From: Sminthopsis crassicaudata
Taxonomy: Eukaryota
Reading direction: 5' to 3'
DNA length: 64,000 nt
NCBI RefSeq assembly: GCF_048593235.1
Contig: NC_133620.1
Coordinates: forward strand, 478,051,886 to 478,115,885
This document shows positions 1 through 11,450 of the stretch, in pieces. Below the pieces are notes generated by a model that searched no databases, was not told the DNA's origin, and was given only the letters and a program-made list of their open reading frames with translations. The position numbers and the translations under genes were made by a program. Position 1 is the first letter of the stretch. Each line of letters begins with the position of its first letter.

Positions 1-119
1 CACTCTGGGAACACCCCACCTGGTCAGACTGGGCTCGATGTCAGCTCACCACTAATAAAAGGTTGGATCACCACAGTGCCCGACTGCTCAGCTCCTAAGG
101 TATAGGGGATGGCTCAGGG

Positions 120-330
120 AGCACTCTGCTGGGGAGAGGGCTGCATGGGCACCTGGATGGGTGGATACATGGGTGGACGTGTAGGTGAATCCATGCGTGG
201 GTGCATGGGTGCAGGAATGGCTGGCTGGGGAGGGTAGGGGAATGGATGGACAGGCAGATTGTTGGTAAATGGCTGTACAGGTGGATGAGTGGGCGCATGA
301 ATGGGCTGAGGAGGCAGATGGATGAGGGTG
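120..330. repeat. Degenerate (TGGA/TGGG)n low-complexity repeat, TRPM2 intron 4
   Basis: Repeated tggatgg/tgggtgg units. Confidence 0.65.
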
Positions 331-391
331 ACGCACAGGAATTGGGTGGGAGCAAGGTCCCAGTCTGCCTCATGCCCACCAACCTTCCTAC

Positions 392-3300
392 CTGTTGTCT
401 GTGCCACCTTGACCAAGCCCCTCCTGAAGATACTCTTTAGTCGGACTTTCATGTTGAAGTTTTTTGCTCCCCCGGTGACGGAGATCAGGAGGTTGGGAAC
501 GTCGAGCCCCCAGTGCTGGGTCATGAGGTGGTAGATCACCCCAGGGGGCGTATCCTGAGACACGCGAACATACTGCAGGAGGGGCAGAACACAGAGAACC
601 AAGAATGCACTAAGTAAAGCCCGGCAGAGTCTGCAAGCATCTGTGGTCACAAGGGATGGTGCAGAGACCCACAGGAGCTGACTTCTTCCCTTCTAGGAAT
701 TCTGGGATTTCTCCCAAGAAGTTCCAGTGGTTCCCTATTGCTTCCAGGACAGATAAAAATGTCAGTGCTTGGCATTCAAGCCCCCCCCCCCCTTTTTCAC
801 TTCCCTCCAAGAGCTTTATAATTAGCCTACTTGGCTTATCAGACATTTCTCACCCATAACCTCCATTTCCTGTCTCTGCGCTTTTACACTGGTTGTTGCG
901 CCTACCTGGAGTGTCGCTCCTGCTCACTTATCCGAACCTTGAGATTTGATCAAGGGCCACCTTCTCTGGTGAGGGTTTTCCCAGCCCCTGTAGCTGCTAG
1001 TGACCTTTTTCCACTCTCCCAAAAACGTATCTGGGATTGGATTTGTATATACCCATACTGTTTTCTCTGGCTAGATTGCAAATTTTTTGAGGGCAAGGGA
1101 CTATTTCCCTTCTGTCTGTGTATCTGCCTAGCTCACAGCAGTGCTTAATAAATGCTTGCTCTTGGATCATTGTCCTTTCCAGCTGTGAGGAGGCTAGAGA
1201 AATCTGCCGGCCCATGAGACAGTCTTTCCTTCCTCAAATCAGAAGTGAAGAATGAAGGTCTGGAATCCCAAAGGAGCCCTACTCCTGTCTGACAGAAGGG
1301 GAAGATGTCACTCCGGAAGCCCCCTCCCTCCCTCTCTGAGGGTCTGGGCCACAGTCCAGGCTACACCTTCTCTCGTGGCTAAAAGTCTTGGGCAGAAACT
1401 GAGTATTTTCAGTTCAACATAATAGTTGAACTAGTGAAATAGTTATTAATCGCCTACTGTAAGCAAGGCTCTAGGATATAAAACAAAATAGTCTCCTAAT
1501 GCCCATTACAATGCCCAGCACTGGGTCTAGCCCAGGACATGTCTTCAATCAGAATGGGCTAATCTGAACTCCCAGTACCAGAAAAAGAGCTGTTCAGCCA
1601 CCATGAAGACACCCAAAGCAAATTCCCCATGGGGGCTGGGGAAAAGGGAGCTGACGCCCTGGCATGGAGAGGTGGGCACTCTGGGAGCAGTGCAGATGCA
1701 TTGCTGGTGGACAGTATGCTCCGGAATCAGGAAGACCTGAATTCTGCTTCAAACACTTGCCAGCTATGTGACCTGAACAAGTCATTTTAACTTCTTCCTG
1801 TTTCCTTTTCTATAAAATGGGGCTAATAACAGCATCTGCTTATCAGGATTGTTGTGGGGAATCCAATGTGATAATCATTGTGAAGTGCTTAACCCAGTAC
1901 CTAGCACACAGTAGGTGTTTAATAAATGTGCATTCCCTTCCCCTTCCCTTTGGGTTTCAATGGCCTCGCTTACCAGACAGGAGAATCCAGACATCACCAT
2001 GACAGAATCTGTGAAATGGGAATCCCCCAAGAACAACAAAGTCACGGAGAACCAACCTTTCCCACCTTCTGTCCCAAGCCTGTGAAGACAATGTCCCCAA
2101 AAGCATCGGTCGGCATCTCCTGGACGTGCTTCTTCGGGTCCCATTCTTTCCCCTGGAATACTTGGGGCTTGGTGGCCTCCTCCAGGTGCTGCTCCCGTGT
2201 GTAACCACACTCACACACCACTTTCCTGGAAGGACACACCTCCCGTCAGCCACGGCCCAGCCATGAGCACCCACAAGATGCCGACTGTGTCCAGAGAGAG
2301 GGGCTCAGACAGTGCCTGCTCTCAAAGCCCCGAGGAGGGGGAGCAGAAGGGACCGTGAGTAAGGCTGCTCACAAATAAGTGATAGCTCTTTTAGCAGGAA
2401 TAGGGCAGTGGAGAAGCTTTATGGAGGAGGGAATAGTAACAGACCTAGTCATTTAAGTAGAAGGTGGGTCCTTCTAAGCTCAACCCATTCTAATTAATCC
2501 TTAACTGAAACTGCCCGCCCTTTTTACATGAACCAGGTTAACCCAGATCTCTATGGTATGTTTGTTCCCTTGGTTGTTTGGATCTCAGTGGGGATCTTTA
2601 CATTTGTCTCTTGAATTTAACCTTTTCATTTAGCCCATCACAGAACCATCACTGGGTACCTTTCTCTGGAAACCAGACTGATCCTACAAGAATAAGTGTA
2701 AATCTCACCCCCAGGCTCAGACTCCAAGTGTTCCTCAAATGGGAGATCCTGCCTGATCTTTACTGGGATCACCAAAGTGAGGCAGGGAGGGTGGCAGTGG
2801 AGAGGGCCTGCTGACATTCCTCAGGCTGAGTCCCTCTTGTAGGCCCTTCAAAAGTCTTTTAGTCTCTTGCATCCAAAAGGCTCCTTTTCAGCTTTGACTT
2901 TCTGAGCCACTAAGAAGGACTTTACATTCCGCTTAATTAAATGTACTCTCCCTGTCACAGAGTGTTGAAAGCACCCAGAAACTTGCCTAGACTCTGCCCC
3001 ATGGTTGACCCAGGAGTGGGGAAGTCCCAGAATCCAAACCTCTAAAATGTAGACCTGATAGAGGGTGAGTGGAAATGCCAGGGGCCGGCTGGACATAGCA
3101 AGGGCAGGAGGCCCGAGCAGACCTAGGGGCACTGCTCTGCCTGGCCTTCTCAAGACAGAATGCACAAGGGACACAGGGAAGAGAGCCCCATCCCCAGCAT
3201 GTTTCCTACCCCGAGTCCGAAGTCTTAGAACTCTCCACAAAATACACACATTCCTTCTTCTTGATGTTCTCTGGGATCCAGGAGCTGAGGTTCTCCTGCG

Positions 3301-4397
3301 AGGAAGGAAAGCAGGCGGTCCCTTGGAGATCCCAGAAACCTCTCTGTCACACCCAACCTGGGATGCTGCCTGGGGACTCCTCCTCCTGGGCACCGCTGAG
3401 CCCGTTCTGCCCACAAGCTCCCAAAGGCAGCTCCCCTTCAAAGAAAAAATCCTGGGGCTGCCTCTCCCCCAGGCCCTCAGGCCTGTCAAGTGACTCCTGG
3501 GAGGCAGAAGGGAAAGCAGATGCTTTGCCAGATGTGGCCACTGAGCCTCAGAGGTCACGTTTCAGTGCTGTTCTGAGTCCCTCCCTCCCTGCAGCCACCT
3601 CCCGAGCGCAGGCCTTCCCTACAGCCTCGTCTCCGCCTCAGTCAGGGCACTCTCACCATCAGGGAGCGCTCCGGCCAAAGGCTGCTCGCTGTCCCACCGG
3701 CCAGCGGCCACGCTGGGCCGGGCCAGGCTGTGAGGTACCGTGAAATCACCAGTCAGCGAATGAAGCCATAAATGGAGGAGCTGAAGGATGGCAAACTGAG
3801 GCCTCGAGTGAGGGGAGAGACCCAGGGAGATGGCTGGGGGAGGGGGAGAGAAGAGGGAAGAAAGAAAGGAGGGAGAGGAGAGGGAGGAGAGGAGGGAGGA
3901 AACAAAGGAGGAAAGGGAGAGGGAAGAGGAAAGAAGAGGGAGGAAAAAAAGGAGGGAGGGGAGAGGGAAGAGGAGAAAAGAGAAAAGGAGGGGAAGGAAG
4001 AGAGAGAAAGGAGGAAGAGGAGAGGAGAGAAGGAGAGAAAAGGGAAGAAAGAAAGGAGAGGGAGGAGAGGGAGAAGAAGAGGAGGGAGGAAAGAAAGGAG
4101 AGACGGGAGGGCAGGAGGAGAAAAGGAGGAAATAAAGAAGGGAGGGGAGGGGGAGAGAAGAGGGAGGAAAGAAAGGAGGGAGGGGAGGAAGGGGAGGGAG
4201 TGGGTGGGGCGCACCTTCTCATTGCTGCTGAAAGCATACTGGCGCCTCTTGTTTTTGGAACGGCCGCTGTTGCTTCTCCTGAGATTCGGGACCATTTCGA
4301 GTTTCGAGGTCTTCTTGCGGGGGATGATGTGGCCGTCCTCCTCCTCGTCTCCCTCCTCCTCCTCAGAGCTGGTCTTCTTCAGTCGGGAGGGATCCAT
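392..4397 (-). CDS. TRPM2: TRPM2 cation channel, 5' part: coding exons 4215-4397, 3210-3295, 2057-2225, 392-572; continues beyond the window start
   Basis: Spliced translation MDPSRLKKTSSEEEEGDEEEDGHIIPRKKTSKLEMVPNLRRSNS...NEK|ENLSSWIPENIKKKECVYFVESSKTSDSG|KVVCECGYTREQHLEEATKP...MPTDAFGDIVFTGLGQKVGK|YVRVSQDTPPGVIYHLMTQHWGLDVPNLLISVTGGAKNF...VAQTTG matches the TRPM2 N-terminus. All junctions are GT-AG and phases (0,2,0,1) are consistent. Confidence 0.97.
1745..1930 (+). mobile_element. MIR-type SINE fragment
   Basis: gctatgtgacctgaacaagtca...tctataaaatggggctaataa core followed by ...cacacagtaggtgtttaataaatg. Confidence 0.65.
3835..4200. repeat. Polypurine (GA-rich) tract at the start of TRPM2 intron 1
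   Basis: About 365 nt almost purely G/A. Confidence 0.9.
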
Positions 4398-5749
4398 CCC
4401 GGCGCCCCGAGCTCGGCACGGCCTCTGCTCCCCCCCAGAGAGCCGGCATCTCCACTGCTCACTCTGCTGGGAATCTCCAAAGCGCTGGGTTGGGGGGACA
4501 GGGAAACAGATCAGAGAGGCCAGGCGGAATCAGGTTCCAATGGGAAGGAGGCCTCTGGCCTTTCCAGGGTAAGAAGCCCCAGGTTCAGGTTCTTCCTGAT
4601 GGCTGGGGGACCCCGGACCCTGAAGCAGGTAGTGATCTGCATAGATGGAGGATGTTTCCTCATGGTGGGGCCTGACTGGAGAAGAAATCAAAACGCACCT
4701 AAAATGGAGGGGCCTGCTTTCTCTCCCCATTTCTGGAAGCCTCAAGAAGGTTCAGGTTGCCCGTAGTGGGACTCTTTTGATTTGGACTCATGGTGGCTGG
4801 AGGTGATTGACTCTAGAGGGCTCAGAGACGTTCTGAAACCCATCCGGAGCTGGGAGGCCATCCTCAAGTGCAAGCCTTATGGCCATGCAGTTTGCCCCTC
4901 ACTTGGACACAGGAACTCACCTTAACAGATAACCCCTGGGGGTCCTGCCCTGGTCTCCAGTGTTGGAGTCAATTCAATACAAATCCGTCATTACCTATTA
5001 AGTGCTCACTTTGGGCAATGTGACCTCTGAGCAGCCTCTGTCACTTTATCTCTGTCTGCTCAGTTTCTTTAAGTGTTAAAATGGAGAGGTGTTGAAAAGA
5101 ACAAATAAGATCATATAGTATCAGAGTGCCTGACACACAATTTAGAAGTGCTTAATAAATGCTTATTTCCTTCCCCAAACAGACTGACCTTCCTCTGCTA
5201 TAACTAAATTGTTCTCTAGGTAGAGGGGTAGCCTTAAGCCCCATTCTAGGTCGGAGGACAGCAGGGAGGAAACTGAAGGTCAGGGGGTCTTAGACACTCG
5301 ACCAGGGACACTCATCCCGCACTCATCCGACACTCATGCTACTCAATCCAAGATCCTCTGACTCCAGAAGCTGGGCTCTCTCTCCTGTACCAGCACCTCT
5401 GCCCTAGGAAGTCTCAATGTCCCCCAGAATAAGATGTCAGATTCAGATTGGCTCTTTCCACTCTTGTGACCTTGGCCCACACTTTCACAGTGGAATATCT
5501 CACCTCACATTTTTGGGGAAAAATAGGGGCCGCTAAGTTGTTCAGTGGATAGAGAATCAACCTTGCAGTCAAGACACTCACTAACTGTGTGATCCTTAAC
5601 CCTGATGGCCTCCATATACTCAAAAGGAGAAAATACATGTCATTGGTCCCATGCTCCCTCTTCTTACCTTGACTGCATCTCTTGCCTGTGAAAGCCTCTA
5701 TTTCTCCCTCTTTTGCTCTTGTCTGTGACAAACCCCCACAAGCTTCTTA

Positions 5750-5945
5750 ACATTTTTATTTATTTAAAGTTTTTTTTTTGTTTTGTTTCAAATTCTGTCC
5801 CTTCCTCCCTTCCTGAGACGCTAAGCAATCAGATATAGGTTACATATGTGCAAGTATGGAAAACATTTCCATCCTAATCATTTTGTATAAGCAACTCAGA
5901 GAAACAAAAGAACCAAGTAAAAAATAGACTGCTTCAGCCTGTATT
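5750..5945 (-). mobile_element. L1 3' UTR fragment
   Basis: T-rich tail at the left end; reverse complement of the copy at 6320-6500. Confidence 0.6.
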
Positions 5946-6018
5946 ATTCTTCAAGCTTCAGTATAGTATAAGAAATGACAAGCAGAATGAGTTCAGGAAA
6001 AGTTGGAAGGTTTGACAT

Positions 6019-6185
6019 AAACTGATACATCGGAAAATGAAAGGAGAAGTTTGCAGAAACTGATACATAATAAAGCGAAAGGAGAAATTTATCTGTAGAA
6101 ACTGATACATAGTAAAGTAAAAGGAAGTTTCTGCAGAAACTGATAGATACATAGTAAAGTGAAAGGAGGTTTGTCTGCAGAACTA
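6019..6185. repeat. Tandem repeat, ~38-43 bp x ~4
   Basis: aaactgataca...aaag...aaagga...tt...cag units starting at 6019, 6057, 6099, 6137. Confidence 0.8.
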
Positions 6186-6214
6186 GCAACATTGTAACTA
6201 TGATCTCCTGTGAA

Positions 6215-6500
6215 TGACTTGGCTCTTCCCAGTCATACAATGGTTCAGGACAATCCCAAAGGACTCAGTGTGAAACATGCTGTCCTCCTCCAGAGAAAGA
6301 ACGGACACTATCTGAATACAAACTGAAGCGGTCTATTTTTCACTTTGTTTCTTTTCTTTCTTTCTTTGAGTTGCTTATACAAAATGAGTAGGATGGAAAT
6401 GTTTTCCATAGCAGCACATATATAAACTATATCAGGAATGTAGGAGAGGTAGGAGGAACACAATTTGAAACAAACAAACAAAAAAAAATTTTAAGAAAAA
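6215..6500 (+). mobile_element. L1 3' UTR fragment
   Basis: caatcccaaaggactc...ctccagagaaagaac...gttgcttatacaaaatga... ending in an A-rich tail. Confidence 0.65.
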
Positions 6501-6529
6501 TGTTAAGAAAAATGTGTCCCAATTGGATT

Positions 6530-7135
6530 CCAACTTATAAGGTGCAGCCCAGTGTTCTAGGCTGTCAGGACTCTTTGACCTATCACACATGCTTCCTACG
6601 CCTTTGTCCAAGTCACTGATAAATATTTGCATAGTACAGCTCCCAGTACAAATGGATCAAACATTGGCTTGAGATCTTCTGCATTGACTTCCAACCTTTC
6701 ACGATTACTCCTTGAGTCCAATCACCAAAGCTGCTGCAACTCCATAAAATTGTGCTATTGTGTAGTCCAGAAAGCACCACCTTTTCTACAGGAATAAACT
6801 TTACTAAAACAACAACAATGACAACTTTGTAAATTCTATCTCCTCAGCATCTGGACTAGTTTAGAAGTCTCTCCCAAACAGGATCCAGTGTGGAGGCTGT
6901 GCTGGCTCTTGGTAATCATCTCGGTTACAATCAACTCTGAAATATTCCTAAAAATTAAAATCAAGCTCATTGGCCCATAGTTCTTTTCCCTTCCTTGAAG
7001 ACAATGATAGTATCTTTCCTTATTCAATGCCGAGGTATCAGACAACACTGATGGGAGCTTGGTAATGCCTGCCAATTCTCTCAGGACCCAGCCTGTGATT
7101 CTTCTGGACTTCTTCAAGGTTTCCAAATGTTCCTT
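6530..7135 (-). mobile_element. CR1/L3 LINE reverse-transcriptase relic
   Basis: Degenerate peptides WVLRELAGIT, NYGPMSLI, EMITKSQH, IFISDLDKG, LEHWA resemble CR1 RT motifs. Confidence 0.75.
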
Positions 7136-8109
7136 TCCTCTTTATCCCCTTGACAGCTGGGAGCCTTCACTGTTGGCCATTTCTGCTCTACAGTGAGTCC
7201 TCTTTTATAGAGATTACAAAAGACAAACGTTGAGGGGGGGGTCAAAATCAGCCCCCAGACTGTTGAGCCCCTCTGGATTGACCAGATGGGAACATATCTC
7301 AATTATCTATTGGTGTCAATAATGCCTTTTTAGGCACGACAAGAAATCTGTTGGGATTGGATGGGTGCCCTCCCAGCTCACCTTCACCTCACATGCTCAG
7401 CTCTGAGGCTATTTCCCAGCTTCTCCTGTTCTTTCCTCCCTAATATCACATGAAACTGTTGTTTCCTGCCTGCACATAGTAGGTGCTTGGGATGAGAATG
7501 AGAATGAGAATGAGGATGAGAACTCTGTCCTGGGGCTCCCTCCAAGGAAGGCTGATCAGTGGTCACGGGAGCAGGACTCTAATAAGCACAAGCTACCACT
7601 GTGGCCCACGTGTGGCCACCTCCTCTTTGCTCCACTGATGTTGATCATCGAGGGGGGAGCAAGGGTTAGCTCCCACCCCTCCCAGCACAAAAGGCAAAGA
7701 CTGACCAAGAAGGAGAGGGGGACTCTGCCCCACCTGCTGCCTGCCTGCCTCCTGAACTCAGAGAGGTTTTTAACCACCAAACCACAAGCACTAAGTGGTA
7801 AGAATCATTTTCTCTCTTTGTCAAATGGAAGAGGCAGAAGGCCTCTTTGGGAGCTCCCCAGTCTTTGCCCGTTCCATGCCAGTGGGCCAGGCCCGCCCCC
7901 TCTCTGGACCCTCCACAGGGGAGAGCCTGCCCTTGGAGAGCTCACAATCTGGACAAGAGCAGACTCCAGCAAAGGATCATGCAGGCTATGAGGCCCAAAG
8001 GGCAAGTGGGAGGGAGGATCACAGAGGACTCAGTAGGGGACATGTGGGTTATATTTTATAGGGAAGACACAGGGACACTCAGGTGAAGGGCAGCAATCTG
8101 AGGGAAAAT

Positions 8110-9640
8110 AAGGAAGGTGTGGCTTCACAGCTAAATAAACATCTGAGGCTGAACTGTATTATAAAGTGGTGATTATCAAAACAATATGATTGGCTAAGAA
8201 AAAGAGTAGTGGATCAGTGTAATAGATTAGGTACAAATGACATCATTGTCAGTGACCATAGTAATCTAGTTTACAATAAACCCCAAAATCGAAGCTTTTG
8301 GAACAAAAACTCATTGTTTGATAGAAACTGCTGGGAAAACTGAAAACTGTGTGATAGAAGCCAGGTATAGACCAACATCTCACATGAAAAACTAAGAGGA
8401 GGTCAAAATAGGTACACGATTTGCACATAAAGAGTGATGTCATAAGCAAATTAAGAAGGCATGGAATAGCTCAGCTGTCAGATTTATGGCCTAGAGAAGA
8501 ATTTAAGGCCCAAGAAGCTAGAGAGAGCACTGCAAAATGTAAAATGGGTCATTTTGATTATAACTTTTTTGAACTTTTTTGCACAAATAAATACAATGCA
8601 TCCAAGTTGTAAGGAAAGCAGAAAATAAGAGGGTTAGGGTTTGCAATAACTATCTCTAATAAGGGATTCATTTCTCAAATAGATAGAGAACTGAGTCACA
8701 TTCATAGAAAATACAAATCATTCCTCAACTCATAAATGGTCAAAAGATATAAACAAGCAGTTTTCAAACAAAAATCAGATCTAGACTTGAAAAACTGTTC
8801 TAAATTGCTTTTGATTGGAGAAATACAAACTAAAACAGTTCTGAGGTACTACCTTACATCTATCAGAGTGGCTAATATGACAAAAAAATGGAATATTGGA
8901 TGATATTTAGGGGAGGATTTGGGAAAACTAGGACACTAAGGCACAGTAGGTAGAATTGTGATTCTGGAGAACAATGTGTAACTGTACCCAGAGGACTTTA
9001 AGACTGTGCATATCCTTTGATCCAGAAATACCACTGCTAGGTCTATATCCCCCCAAAAAAATTTTAAAAGAAGGGAAGGACCTACAAATATAAAACTATT
9101 TACAGCAGCTTTTTTTGTGGTGACTAGGGATTGGAAATCAAAGGGCTGCCCATTAATTAGAGAATGGATAAACAAACTATGGTATATGGTTGCAACAGAA
9201 TTCTGACAAGGAGAATGATTTCAGAAAAACTGAACTGATGCCTAGTGAAGTGAACAGAACCAGGAGAATGTTGCACACAGCAATAGCAACATTGTTCACT
9301 GAAGTATTGTGACTGACTTAGCACTTCTCAGCAATACAATGATCCAAGACAATCCCAAAAAACTCACAATGGTGTATGTTATATGTCTCCAGAAAACAAA
9401 AAAAAACAAAAAAACAAAAAAAAAACCAACTGACACTGAATGAATACAGAGTGGAGCATACAATTTTCTATTTTCTTTCTTTTGTTTTTTCCTTTGATTT
9501 GAATCTTCTTGTACAAAATGACTAAATGTTTCACATGATTGTACATGTAAAAGCTATATCTTATTATTTACTGCCTTGGGGGAGAGGTATAGAATTTGGA
9601 ACTCAAAATTTTAAATAAAAATATTTAAAAATAAAATAAA
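8110..9640 (+). mobile_element. Old L1 (ORF2 C-terminus and 3' UTR)
   Basis: ataaatggtcaaaagatataaacaagcagttttca...ctgaggtactaccttacatctatcaga...cctttgatccagaaataccactgctaggtctatatccc; A-rich tail near 9625. Confidence 0.85.
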
Positions 9641-9689
9641 TGTCTGAGGCTGGGTTTAAATTCACATCTTCCTAATTCTAAGTCCAGTA

Positions 9690-10260
9690 CCATCTAGCCA
9701 AAGAAGGGTTGTGAGTCTGATGACTGGGAGGATGGTGGTACCCTTAATAAAAACAAACATTTGGAAAAGGCCTGGATTTGGGCAGGAAGAGAAGAGGATA
9801 AGTTCTTGCTCTGGCCGTGCTAAGACTGAGCTCTCTCCAGGATGTGTAGCTAGAACATCTGATAGGTAGCTGCTGATCTAGTGCTGGAGATTTGGGGAAA
9901 GACAAGGGTGCCTAGATCTGGCCACCATCTATATAGACGATTGGATCCATGGGGGTTAATGATGTCACTGAATGTGAGAAGAGAGGAGAGGTGAGAGGGC
10001 TCAAGATAGAGCCTTGGGGAATACCCACAGTTACAAGGGATGGGACCCATATGGAGATCTAGCAAAGGGGACTGAGAACAAGTGGTCAGAGAAACAGGAG
10101 AGAACCAGGAGGGCTTAGCCACAACATGAGCCAAGAGAAGGAAGCACTTCCCAGAGAGGGAAGATGAGAATGGAGGCTGGGGGTATATTTAGTGACCTGA
10201 GGGAGAAGTTTCAATAAAGAGGAGGGAAGAGCTGAGGTTTAGTGAGAAGGAGATAATGGA
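9690..10260 (-). mobile_element. L2 LINE fragment
   Basis: Motifs gagatttggg, gagggctcaagatagagccttggggaatacccacagtt resemble the L2 antisense strand. Confidence 0.5.
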
Positions 10261-10559
10261 GACATAGAGACTGGACAGAGTATGTTTTCTAGGAAATCTA
10301 TGGTGAAGACAGTGGATGACAGCTTCAGGAGGAGCCTCTTGGGAAGGTTATTTGAGGACTGAAAGCTCTGAAGAGAGGGCTTGGGGACAGTCAGGAGAAG
10401 ATCCACCTGAACCATAAGGAGGGTAGGGATATTGGAGCTCTACCACTGGATACCTCACCAAAAAGTGGAGGGCCAGCAGACAAAATCCCCAGACTGTCCA
10501 ATGCAGAGTCATGGGGCTTCTCAGACTTTTATCAGCCTATCAATGACTTTATGTTCTTA

Positions 10560-11035
10560 TCTCCCTTGATGCAGATTGTAGCCCTCTTGGGTCTGTCTAC
10601 CCCGCCTGATATTGTTCATCTCCTGTCATGGCCATCCAAGAGAGTGGTCCCAGCATGCCTGGGGCTTGCCTTAATTTCTCTTGACATCCCCAGGACACCA
10701 ATGAGTATACCACTAAGGTTTTTCTTCCCTTTTGGACACTATGGCCAGCTCTTCTTCTTTTATGATCACGTGTATACTTGATAACATCTTTCATAATTCT
10801 TTATGTATAATGGGTTGTTACCTGCTCACACCCCCTTTGGATGATCCTCAAACTCAAATCACAGACACCCAAGCCATGCTGTAGCAACGGATCTTTGTTG
10901 TGAAGAACAAAGATCTTTGTTTTGACAAGCTGCAGGATCGTGAAAAGAAGGTAGTAAGTTTCCAGCAGCTTCCTCTTTGTTGAGTTCTACATCCAACTCA
11001 TGGTCCATTGGCATAGATAATCCTGATTCTGAGTT
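10560..11035 (-). mobile_element. RTE-class LINE 3' relic
   Basis: Peptides MDHELDVELNKEEAAG and DVIKYTRDHKRRRAGH resemble the RTE ORF C-terminus. Confidence 0.65.
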
Positions 11036-11450
11036 CGTTGATAGACAGACAAAAGAATAATTAGACAGCTGATAGATAAAAAGATGAAATGAGAGATACT
11101 CAGAAGGATAAATGGGATATATAGAAAGATAAGTGGATGGAAAAATAGAAAGATGGAAGGCAGATGTTGATAGATAGAAGGATAGATACATAAAAGGACA
11201 GGTAGAAGTATGCATAGATAAACTGAAGAATGGATAGATAGAAAGATAAATAGAAAGATGAATGAGCTAATAAATAGATAGATGGACAGAAGGATGAGTA
11301 GACAGACAGAAAAAGATGACATAAACAAGATGATGGATGGCTAGATAAACATATGGACAGAAAAATGGATAGAGAGATGATGAAAAACAGAAAGAAGATA
11401 GACAGGTAGATGGAAAGATGATGTATGGATAGGAGGACAGATAAATAGTC
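11036..11450. repeat. Degenerate (GATA/GACA/TGGA)n microsatellite
   Basis: Repeated gatagatag/agatagacag/gatggatag units. Confidence 0.85.

Noticed and set aside
3746-4572. Long K/E/R/G-rich and L/S/P/F-rich ORFs (e.g. 3772-4572, 266 aa)
   Set aside because: They are translations of a stop-free polypurine tract; only 4215-4397 is real TRPM2 coding sequence
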